The notes beneath the pieces were generated by a model, which saw nothing but the letters and a program-made list of their open reading frames with translations, made no database searches and was not told where the DNA came from. This document shows, piece by piece, positions 29,020-37,975 of a stretch of DNA of 64,000 nucleotides. Numbering within the stretch: the first letter of the stretch is position 1; every line of letters begins with the position of its first letter. The stretch comes from Nostoc sp. (GTDB lineage Bacteria > Cyanobacteriota > Cyanobacteriia > Cyanobacteriales > Nostocaceae): NCBI GenBank assembly GCA_036918135.1, contig JBALDB010000001.1:96001-160000 (forward strand), written 5' to 3'. A program made the translations under genes and the position numbers.

Positions 29020-31554
29020 TTAGTTGACTTTGCGTTGGAAGGTAAATGTTCTTTGAATACCCGGTGCAATTACACCAGATACACTATCCACATACTTGGT
29101 AATATCAGTGTTTACCGTAGTTCCAGTTTGGTCGATGCCAGAGCTATTAGCTGGATTACCATTGAAGAATCGAATGGTTGCACTTCCAGAATCCTTAGCT
29201 GAGCCAACAATATTGCTAGTATCAATTTGACCGCTGGCATCGTTGTCTAATGCCCAGTTGTTGGGGCTTTGCGTACCATCTTCAGTTATCACAACTTTGT
29301 CAGCATTCAAAATCACGTTACCTGTTCCAGATTGAGATTCGGAAATATTACTGTACTGAATTTGGTACTCAATAATGTTTCCTGGTGCAGGCTTCTTGGA
29401 AGCGGTACTGAATGTGCCGTCATTCCCCTGGACTACAGGCCCAGTTCCTTGTAAAACTCGCGATACTTTCAGCAGTTTCAGGAAGCCAGTGTAGACGCGA
29501 TCGATAGTAATGTTGGATGAATCAAAGGTATTATCGTTTCCACTATCCTTGATTCCATCTCCATTGGTATCCGTCGTGTAGTTGTCAATAGAAGCAGTAA
29601 TGGGTACTGGAAACCCTCTACTAATATCAGTAGATAACTGCGTACCCGGAGGTAAATCAACTTCTACACCATAATTAATACTTGCACCAGTAGCAAAGTT
29701 GGGAATTGTAATTGCTGTACCAGGTGTTGTAAACGCTCCATTATTGTAAGTATAGACAGCAGACTGACTATTATAAGTAATAGTCACCTTCGTACCATTC
29801 GGTAAATTTCCTGGAATTGCTGGTGGCGTTGGTTCTAACTTCAAAACGCCTGGGTCAGTACCACTATTCTTAACTGTGTTGGTGAAGCCAACTGACTGAG
29901 GATCGAGTGTACTACCAGGTGGCGTACCAGCTGGAACGAGAGAAGATTTGTTAGTGAAGTCATCGTTGGTCAGACCCGATGGACCAGTAGCATCGGGCGC
30001 ATTTTGGGGTCCATTGAGTACCGCTGAAGCCACAGGTGCTTGCACAGTAAAGACATTCGCCTCACCGCCAGGACCACTACCACTGTTGTTATTACCTGTG
30101 TCAGTTCCAGTTTCCGGAGATGCTGGAGTATTAATATAACCATCATCAACGCTGGTAGATGGTAGAGTATCAGGAACACCATCATTATTGGTATCTGTAC
30201 CTGTAGGAGGTGTCATACTCCCTGGAGAACCATCGTAGTTGCTGGGATTTTGATCGCCTGATTCGTCGTATACTGGGAAATTACTGGTAGGTGTTTGACC
30301 AAACAATTGAGCGATGTTAGCAACGGTTAACGGTGAAGTTGCAGTCGATTTAACAGCTAACTGAATTGAGAAGCCATTGACCGTTGTACCAGGAGCAATG
30401 GAAGTAATGGTTGCTGGATTATTGATAAAACCAACACGAGTGACTGAGGTAAGAGTTGGTGGTGTCGTAGTCCAACTAGCTGCATTAGCATTAGTTGTAA
30501 CTGGAGTAGTCGTATAAACAGTTTGCCAACCAGGTGGTGCAGTTGGTGCTACTGCCAAATTCATACCCAGAGGAATCGCATCAGAAACCAAGATATAGGT
30601 GCCATTCGCACCATTAACATTGATAGTTGTGCCCGTCAAAGCTGCTGGTGTAATTCCCTGTCCAGTAGGATCGTTGGACTCAACTCGTAAACTCAAATCG
30701 TAGGTCAGTTTATCATCTGTAATTGCAGTCGTGCCAGCATTGTTATAGCCGCTACGAATCTTGAGAATGGTGGCTAAAGTATAGGTTTTTAGCGTTGAAC
30801 CAACTTTAATTTGCTCGGTGGCGCTAGCTTCCCGTGTACCATTAACTGGCGCGCCAGCTACCTCACCAGCACTACCATCAGGGTTATCTACAGTGAATAC
30901 GTCACCACCATCAGGACTCCGCAGCTGGTTTTGAGCATCACCAGGGGTGTTACCCAAGGTAACAGTAATTACGTCATTGGTTTGAGCGCCATTTTGGACG
31001 GTAACTGGTACGCGCACCAACACAGTACCACCAACTGGAACGGAAGGTGTATCTACGCCGCCTTGGGAGATGTTTATCCAAGTTTGACCGCCGTCGATGC
31101 TATATTGGAGGCTATTAGCTGTACCACCATTTGGTAATGTGCCAGAAACTGTACCAGGCCCAGTTGTTGTAGCTTGGTTAGGAATGTGGAATTTGGTTGG
31201 GTCGTTACCTACGTTGGTTAGGGTGTAGGTGTAGATGAGTAAGTCACCAACCTGGACTGTTGTATTGGTAGCACTAGAAGTAGCATCTGTGACACCAGAG
31301 GCAGTGACGGTGATCCCAGCAACCTCTGCCACGGTGACAACCACAGTGTTGGAAGTAGAGTTGATTGTTGTTCCTGGACTATTGGGATCTTCATAAGTTG
31401 CTGTAGCTGTGTTACTGATAGATGTACCCGCAGTAGTTCCGTCAGCTAACACAGGCGTAATAAATTGGAAAAGGCTGCCAGTTAATAATGCTGTTGCTAT
31501 TAAAGATTGATAGTGATAACGCTGCTTGTTTACAAATTTATTTTGTTTTACCAT
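29020..31554 (-). CDS. Large secreted Thr/Gly/Asn-rich multi-DUF11-like surface protein
   Basis: Signal peptide ending PVLA, mature start DGTTAGTSISNTATATY, several Ig-like/DUF11-like domains. ATG 31554 preferred to TTG 31614. Confidence 0.82.
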   Translation of the reverse strand: MVKQNKFVNKQRYHYQSLIATALLTGSLFQFITPVLADGTTAGTSISNTATATYEDPNSPGTTINSTSNTVVVTVAEVAGITVTASGVTDATSSATNTTVQVGDLLIYTYTLTNVGNDPTKFHIPNQATTTGPGTVSGTLPNGGTANSLQYSIDGGQTWINISQGGVDTPSVPVGGTVLVRVPVTVQNGAQTNDVITVTLGNTPGDAQNQLRSPDGGDVFTVDNPDGSAGEVAGAPVNGTREASATEQIKVGSTLKTYTLATILKIRSGYNNAGTTAITDDKLTYDLSLRVESNDPTGQGITPAALTGTTINVNGANGTYILVSDAIPLGMNLAVAPTAPPGWQTVYTTTPVTTNANAASWTTTPPTLTSVTRVGFINNPATITSIAPGTTVNGFSIQLAVKSTATSPLTVANIAQLFGQTPTSNFPVYDESGDQNPSNYDGSPGSMTPPTGTDTNNDGVPDTLPSTSVDDGYINTPASPETGTDTGNNNSGSGPGGEANVFTVQAPVASAVLNGPQNAPDATGPSGLTNDDFTNKSSLVPAGTPPGSTLDPQSVGFTNTVKNSGTDPGVLKLEPTPPAIPGNLPNGTKVTITYNSQSAVYTYNNGAFTTPGTAITIPNFATGASINYGVEVDLPPGTQLSTDISRGFPVPITASIDNYTTDTNGDGIKDSGNDNTFDSSNITIDRVYTGFLKLLKVSRVLQGTGPVVQGNDGTFSTASKKPAPGNIIEYQIQYSNISESQSGTGNVILNADKVVITEDGTQSPNNWALDNDASGQIDTSNIVGSAKDSGSATIRFFNGNPANSSGIDQTGTTVNTDITKYVDSVSGVIAPGIQRTFTFQRKVN

Positions 31555-32401
31555 AGGTCTAGTTTGTTTATTGAACTTGTGTCCTGGATTTTCAAGGAGG
31601 AGAAAGTTCGGCAATTTTTTAAAAAATTACCGATGATATTTGCCTAAAACTTTAACGCTTTGAGAATGCAAACTTGATGAGTTAAAGCAGAATTTAGTGA
31701 ATTCTTTGAATCAGAATTCACCAGAGAAGTTTGAACGCTGACATTGGCGCAACCCGCTGTAGGTATCGATACTTTACAGAGAAAAATACTCTTAAAACCT
31801 GGCTTTGAGACTTACTTTGTGTATTTAACGCTTCTTGAAATTCACTGTCAGTTATTGACACTCCTAATCAAATATATTGAAGCAATACCTTGAAATGATT
31901 TGCCTATCTTAATTTGCAAGCGCCCCTGGTAATTAAGGCTGGTAATCATAAGTATGGGGAACTTACTGTTGCCTACTGCTCAATTGTTTGTACAAGTAAA
32001 AATTTAACTTCTACTACAAAAAACAACTACCGTATAAATAAGTAACTTCTTTAATGGAGAATGAGTGTATTAAAGGTTGAAATTCAACTTTATTGTTCCA
32101 AGATAAATAGTATGTTTACCAGTTGAACTTCAAATAATAAATACTAAAATTTTTATATGAAAATACTTTCAGATCTTTAAATAAATTTAATAAACGGATA
32201 AAAAGTTAAAAAATAATAATAATTTAAACAAATGTAAGTTAATTATAGTACAAATGTAATTTACTCATAACCATTAACAATATTTAAACTGAATAATCAA
32301 AATTATTGTCTAGTCTTATAACTATAATCAACTAAGTGTAAGTACTAGATATAAAAATTTATTGATATTAAAATTTGACAAAAATTAGTACTTTCACTAC
32401 T

Positions 32402-32434
32402 AAACATACCCGACAAAATTTGTCGGGTATGTTT
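32402..32434. promoter_or_regulatory. Perfect 16-bp inverted repeat, IscR type-1-like (Rrf2 family) operator candidate
   Basis: AAACATACCCGACAAA-A-TTTGTCGGGTATGTTT; abuts and overlaps the -35 box. Confidence 0.7.
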
Positions 32435-32461
32435 GACTGGTATTTTTGCTCGTGTTACTAT
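32433..32461 (+). promoter_or_regulatory. Sigma70-type promoter of the thrC-like/moaD-like operon
   Basis: TTGACT, 17-bp spacer, TACTAT with an extended -10 TGn; 38 bp upstream of the ATG. Confidence 0.7.
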
Positions 32462-32499
32462 CAGGCGACAGTTGATGGACAGACAGGGAAAGCTAGTTT

Positions 32500-33807
32500 A
32501 TGACTCAGGCAATCACAACCCAATCCCAAGTCAGTAATGCCACATTTTTTAAAGCCTTGAAGTGCAAGGAATGTGGTGCAGAATATGAACCCAAAGCCAG
32601 CAATGTTTGTGAGTTATGCTTTGGGCCTTTGGAAGTCAAGTATGACTACGGCGCTCTACGTCAGACCGTCACTCGTAAAACAATTCAAGCTGGACCTAAT
32701 TCAATTTGGCGCTACCGTCCATTTTTGCCTGTCGCAACTGATAATGTTATAGATGTGGGAACTGGTATGACTCCCTTGGTTCGTTCCCATCGTCTTGCCC
32801 GCCGCCTGGGTCTAAACAAGCTTTATATTAAAAATGATGCCGTGAATATGCCCACCCTCAGCTTCAAGGATCGGGTGGTATCAGTCGCCCTAACTAGGGC
32901 ACGAGAGTTGGGTTTTTCTACAGTTTCCTGCGCTAGCACTGGTAACTTGGCAAATTCTACAGCTGCGATCGCCGCTCATGCTGGTTTAGACTGCTGTGTA
33001 TTTATCCCCGCAGATTTGGAAGCTGGTAAAATTATTGGTAGTTTAATCTACAGTCCCACCCTGATGGCTGTTAAGGGCAACTACGATCAAGTAAATCGTC
33101 TCTGTTCGGAAGTTGCTAATACACATGGCTGGGGTTTTGTCAATATTAATTTGCGTCCCTACTACTCTGAAGGTTCCAAAACGCTAGGCTTTGAAGTTGC
33201 AGAACAATTAGGCTGGGAATTACCCGATCATATCGTCGCTCCTTTAGCTTCTGGTTCGCTGTTTACTAAAATTTATAAAGGTTTCCAGGAATTTGTAGAA
33301 GTTGGTTTGGTAGAAGGTAAGAACGTCCGTTTTAGCGGCGCTCAAGCTGAAGGTTGTTCGCCCATTGCCCAAGCATTCAAAGAAGGGCGCGACTTTATTA
33401 AGCCAGTGAAACCGAATACAATTGCCAAATCAATTGCGATCGGTAATCCAGCAGACGGCATTTATGCTGTGGATATAGCTCAGAAGACTGGTGGTAACAT
33501 TGAATCAGTTAACGATGCAGAAATTATTGATGGCATCAAGCTGCTAGCAGAAACCGAAGGCATCTTCACAGAAACAGCGGGTGGTACAACCGTCGCTGTG
33601 CTAAAAAAATTGGTAGAAGCTGGCAAGATCGACCCAGATGAAACTACCGTGGTTTACATTACTGGCAATGGACTCAAAACCCAAGAAGCAGTACAAGGCT
33701 ACATTGGCGAACCCTTGACTATTGATGCTAAACTCGATAGTTTTGAACGTGCCCTAGAGCGATCGCGTACTCTGGATCGCTTGGAATGGCAACAAGTCCT
33801 CGTTTAA
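32500..33807 (+). CDS. thrC: Threonine synthase-like PLP enzyme (fold type II) with N-terminal CxxC/CxxC ribbon
   Basis: PTLSFKDR (PLP Lys), CASTGN and ITGNGLKT; N-terminal CKEC..CELC. Confidence 0.85.
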   Translation: MTQAITTQSQVSNATFFKALKCKECGAEYEPKASNVCELCFGPLEVKYDYGALRQTVTRKTIQAGPNSIWRYRPFLPVATDNVIDVGTGMTPLVRSHRLARRLGLNKLYIKNDAVNMPTLSFKDRVVSVALTRARELGFSTVSCASTGNLANSTAAIAAHAGLDCCVFIPADLEAGKIIGSLIYSPTLMAVKGNYDQVNRLCSEVANTHGWGFVNINLRPYYSEGSKTLGFEVAEQLGWELPDHIVAPLASGSLFTKIYKGFQEFVEVGLVEGKNVRFSGAQAEGCSPIAQAFKEGRDFIKPVKPNTIAKSIAIGNPADGIYAVDIAQKTGGNIESVNDAEIIDGIKLLAETEGIFTETAGGTTVAVLKKLVEAGKIDPDETTVVYITGNGLKTQEAVQGYIGEPLTIDAKLDSFERALERSRTLDRLEWQQVLV

Positions 33808-33885
33808 TCATTTTGTCATTAGTCATTTGCTAAAACCAAGGACAAAGGACAAATCCTTACTTTTCACTCTTAACTTTCTACTTCT

Positions 33886-34161
33886 ATGTCCGTAACAGTC
33901 TTAGTTCCTACAGCTCTTCAACAATTTACTAATAACCAAGCTAGTGTAGAATCCAGTGGCAGCACTATTGCTGAACTTGTGGATTCGTTAGAACAAAGCT
34001 TTCCTGGGTTCAAATCACGATTGTGTGATGACGAAGGAAAATTACGGCGGTTTGTAAATTTCTACCTGAACGACGAAGATATTCGCTTTTTAAAAGGTGC
34101 AGATACACACCTCAATGATGGCGATGAAGTCAGTATTGTCCCTGCTGTTGCTGGTGGTTAA
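33886..34161 (+). CDS. MoaD/ThiS/CysO-family sulfur-carrier protein
   Basis: 91 aa, beta-grasp-like, ends in PAVAGG. Confidence 0.92.
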   Translation: MSVTVLVPTALQQFTNNQASVESSGSTIAELVDSLEQSFPGFKSRLCDDEGKLRRFVNFYLNDEDIRFLKGADTHLNDGDEVSIVPAVAGG

Positions 34162-34321
34162 TACTCAGAACACTAAATCAAGTAGAATCCAGACTAGACA
34201 AATCTTTGAGAGATTGCCTCGTTCCCAGTCGTTAGACTGGGAATGATTGTGAAGGCAACTTCAAAAAATAAATTATATTATGTGCGGTAAAAAACTTATT
34301 ATTTTGATTTAACTTGACTAA

Positions 34322-34687
34322 TTAAACAGCAATTATCTGAGCAAGTCTTTGTTGCCAAGATTCATTGTTATCAACAGTTAAGATAATCCGTTTATAAGAT
34401 TCATCTAGCAGTTCAATGTTTAAATAATTCGTCTCTCGATTCACATACCAAAACTCTCTACCCCTGTTAGTGTAATAAGTTCCAGCCTTAACCACTTTAG
34501 GAATAAAGCTACCAGGGGCACGTAATTCTCGCCAATTACTTTGAGGTTCGGCTATCGTAACTTGTTTAATATGCGCCAATGGTATTTGCCAAAGTTTATT
34601 CAAGCGAACTGCTAGCAGTTGCTCTTTGAGCATAAATTCTATCTGTAATTTATCATCAATTATACTTAGGTTCACAATCGATTTCAT
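34322..34687 (-). CDS. Hypothetical protein (possibly PH-like fold)
   Basis: 121-aa ORF with protein-like composition (LRAPGSFIP..KAGTYY). Confidence 0.7.
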   Translation of the reverse strand: MKSIVNLSIIDDKLQIEFMLKEQLLAVRLNKLWQIPLAHIKQVTIAEPQSNWRELRAPGSFIPKVVKAGTYYTNRGREFWYVNRETNYLNIELLDESYKRIILTVDNNESWQQRLAQIIAV

Positions 34688-35158
34688 TATCAGTAATTTT
34701 TATCTAGTATTACTCACAAAAGTTACACTATAACTAGTATTTATTAGATGTTAACAAATTCAAACTTATTAAGTAATGTTATATAAATACTGTGTTGCAT
34801 TATTGTTGTTAAGAAAACACTACAAAAAATACCAAATACTTGTCAATTTTTTGAGAAGAACATTTTGGCGATCGCAAGTATTCAACATTATTAAAAATAA
34901 GTATTAATCAAAATATTTTATCTAGATTATAACAAATAACTTAATAACAATATTCAAACATATTTTTTATTTTATAACTAGATTTTTAAGTAGCTACTAA
35001 TTTGTGTTTACAGTCAAATTTATAATAAATAAAAATATTCAAAATTAAGGTAAATTCATACTTATTTATGATTGGTGACTATTTGGCAATTTGGCATTTT
35101 ATAATTCTGGGATTTTGATATATTGTAGAAATTACCAAGATGTTTTTACTTGTTATAC

Positions 35159-35191
35159 AAAGCACGTGCTGGGCTAAAGCACGTGCTTTTT
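35159..35191 (+). terminator. Hairpin plus T-run, intrinsic terminator candidate
   Basis: AAAGCACGTGCT-GGGCTAA-AGCACGTGCTTT-TT. Confidence 0.45.
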
Positions 35192-35365
35192 ATTGCTATT
35201 TGTTTGGTATTTTGGCATTATATGATAATTTATTTATATACTAATTTAATATATTTAAATTATTATTTTTAGAGTTGATGTTATTCACTAGCCTTTTTAT
35301 ATATTGAATTTTATTTATGCTATTTTTTCTCTAGTCCGAGGTGTACTATCACTTTCAAGCTATTT

Positions 35366-35396
35366 GACGGGATAAATCATCCCGTCTTTTATTTTG
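35366..35396 (+). terminator. Hairpin plus T-run, intrinsic terminator candidate
   Basis: GACGGGAT-AAATC-ATCCCGTC-TTTTATTTT. Confidence 0.5.
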
Positions 35397-36043
35397 GCTG
35401 GTAGTTGTAAACAGGAATCTTGAGAGGATATTTGTAAAATATTAGCTTGTATAGAAATTCTTTTTAATTAGTCTCAGAAAGATATGATTGTAACTTTAAA
35501 ATTCACCTATCTGAAGGAGGATTTAAGGTATTTAAAAAGTGTTTAATAGAACACAAAGCTTTTAAAATATCCTCATAGTTTCTAAATTTTTCTGCTATAG
35601 CCTTTATGCTATGGCAGAAAAATATTCTGTTTCAAGTATTCAGTGATACTCAAGCAGTTTTTTATCAGGTTTGAGGAGATTTGCACACTTCCTATAGGAA
35701 GATGCCTGATGAATATAATATTGAGTAAATTAATTCGGGATGTTGTTATGCACTGGATTTATATTGAGGTTTGGTTTACTACCAAACCTTTTTTATATCT
35801 TCTAAAAATAGGATATAGAGTACGGGGGAGCCAATCTAGTGTTGGCGTTTCTTAAAGTCAAGGAACTGGTCTATCTCATTGAGTAGAGTTAGCGTCATGG
35901 AGTATTGGAAAATATCTAAAAATTTATATTATCTAAAATTTTATTTACCTTGAAAAAGATAAACTTAAAATATTAAATTTGGGTATCAAAGTCTTGATAA
36001 TTCTCAATTCTGAATCCAGAATTTACAATTTTAATTTTTTAGA

Positions 36044-37762
36044 CTAAAAACTAAAAGTACTCCGCAAAATACCAATTGTAACTGAGTCACTATCTGGTGT
36101 ATGACCAGGTTGAAAAATCTGAATAATACCTGGTGTAATGCTAATATTATCATTTATTTGGAAGCGATAAAATGCTTCAATTTGGGTAGTTGTCCCTGGT
36201 TGTCCTCCTGCACGTCCTAAACCAGTATTGATAAAATCAGGGACATTATTCCCTATGGGTAAATTACTACTAGTAATTTTCGGAGGTTGTCCGATATAAA
36301 TTCCGCCCAAATTACCCTTGGCAAATAAATCGGGGAAATTCAAAAATACCATATAATTTGTTGTTTCAACATTTCCTGATTGCCCAGGAATATAAGATTT
36401 AGTATAACCACCCCATGCACCCACACTGATACTCTTTGAAATTTGCCAAGTTGCGGTTGCACCTACAGCATTAGTTTGTAAGGGTGCTGATTTTCCAGTA
36501 GTGCTATTAATTGCAGTTAAGCACTCATCGCCAACAAAGGTTAGTAAACAACCATCTGATGAATAATTATTAACGTAATATAAACTTAAATCTACAGTAT
36601 CAGTTGGTGTCAACAACAGTTGTACACCTGTAGTGGTATTTCCATCAAATAAACCGCTACCTTTACTCGGATTTCCTGGTTGATAACTAGTATAAATTGC
36701 CTGCAAACTAGCGCGTTTAGTAAATTGCCAATCAATAGCAATACCACCGTGACCGTATCCCATGTTTAAAATCGGGTTTCTTTGAGCAAAATAAGATAGT
36801 GGCCCTGTTGCAGCACTTTCTACCCGATTTGGCCCTCGGAAAGCAGTTGGCATACTTACGCCTTCTGTTCCCACCATCACTGCTAATTTATCTGTTACCA
36901 GCCAATGAAAATTGAGGTCACTAATAATCAAATTATCTGTAGGAAATTCGTAGCCAAGTAAAACATCATTCCGAGAAACGCTATTAGTAAATCTTGGTGC
37001 ACTAGTGCCCTTACCATCTAACAGACCTGTGAATAAGTAACTACGAGGAGTAATTTGACTAGTTAAATACAACTGCGCCAAGGAAATAACGTCAATATTT
37101 GTTCCACCATCATCTGTATCTTTTTGCCCATCTCTAGGATTAACATCACCACGATTACTAGTCCGTCCTTGAAGCCCAACTATCAATAGTCCACTGAGTT
37201 TAGTTGTTGTTGAAAATTGGTTGGCTTGGATTTCAGCAGTTTTAGCTTCTAAACTATCAACACGACCTTGTAAACTCGCTAATTCAACTGCAAATTCTGA
37301 CTGCAACCTTTGTAATTTTATTAAATCTTCACGCCTAACTAAATCACTGGTAGCTGTAGCAATTAACTCGTTGATTCTATCTAAACAAGCATTCACACCA
37401 GCAGCAAATTCATACCGAGTTAAGGCGCGATTACCGCGATAGTTGCTATCTGGATAACCAGCTATGCAACCATAGCGTTCTACTAAAGACTGCAATGCAG
37501 CGAATGCCCAATCATTAGGTTGTACGTCTTTCAGTTGGGACACCGATGTGACTTGTGCCATCGGATCTACTGTTAGGAGGGATGAAGGGACACTATCGCT
37601 CTCAATTCCTGAGTTCGGAATTTTGAATTCTGGATTCTGAGTAGTTCCTGTATCTGTGGGAATAGCGATCGCTTTTTCTACATCTATGTTGACTCCCGCA
37701 ACAAGTAACAATGCGAGCATCCAGATTTTGGTATGGCTGCGGCTAATAAGTCTACCTTTCAA
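36044..37762 (-). CDS. Cyanobacterial SLH-domain OprB-family porin
   Basis: QVTSVSQLKDVQPNDWAFAALQSLVERYGC, QFSTTTKL and C-terminal EAFYRFQINDNISITPG...RSTFSF. Confidence 0.93.
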   Translation of the reverse strand: MKGRLISRSHTKIWMLALLLVAGVNIDVEKAIAIPTDTGTTQNPEFKIPNSGIESDSVPSSLLTVDPMAQVTSVSQLKDVQPNDWAFAALQSLVERYGCIAGYPDSNYRGNRALTRYEFAAGVNACLDRINELIATATSDLVRREDLIKLQRLQSEFAVELASLQGRVDSLEAKTAEIQANQFSTTTKLSGLLIVGLQGRTSNRGDVNPRDGQKDTDDGGTNIDVISLAQLYLTSQITPRSYLFTGLLDGKGTSAPRFTNSVSRNDVLLGYEFPTDNLIISDLNFHWLVTDKLAVMVGTEGVSMPTAFRGPNRVESAATGPLSYFAQRNPILNMGYGHGGIAIDWQFTKRASLQAIYTSYQPGNPSKGSGLFDGNTTTGVQLLLTPTDTVDLSLYYVNNYSSDGCLLTFVGDECLTAINSTTGKSAPLQTNAVGATATWQISKSISVGAWGGYTKSYIPGQSGNVETTNYMVFLNFPDLFAKGNLGGIYIGQPPKITSSNLPIGNNVPDFINTGLGRAGGQPGTTTQIEAFYRFQINDNISITPGIIQIFQPGHTPDSDSVTIGILRSTFSF

Positions 37763-37975
37763 TTTTTTATACTCTGCTCACATACTTAAGTGAAGAGTGT
37801 ATTCGCGATTGTTTAACACTTACATGAGTAAATTTACGGAATTTGTACAAAATTAGACATTATTGTTCTGGGCAACTTCACAAAGGGGAAGTATAACTGG
37901 GGAGTAGAGATTGGGGACTAGAAAAATTTCTTACCAATCCTCAGTCTCCAATATTTAATCCCCAATCCCTCACAG

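Noticed and set aside
31555..32400. Riboswitch or ncRNA in the long leader of the DUF11 cluster
   Set aside because: Only a short hairpin (GTGAATTCT...AGAATTCAC) was seen, with no recognisable family motif.
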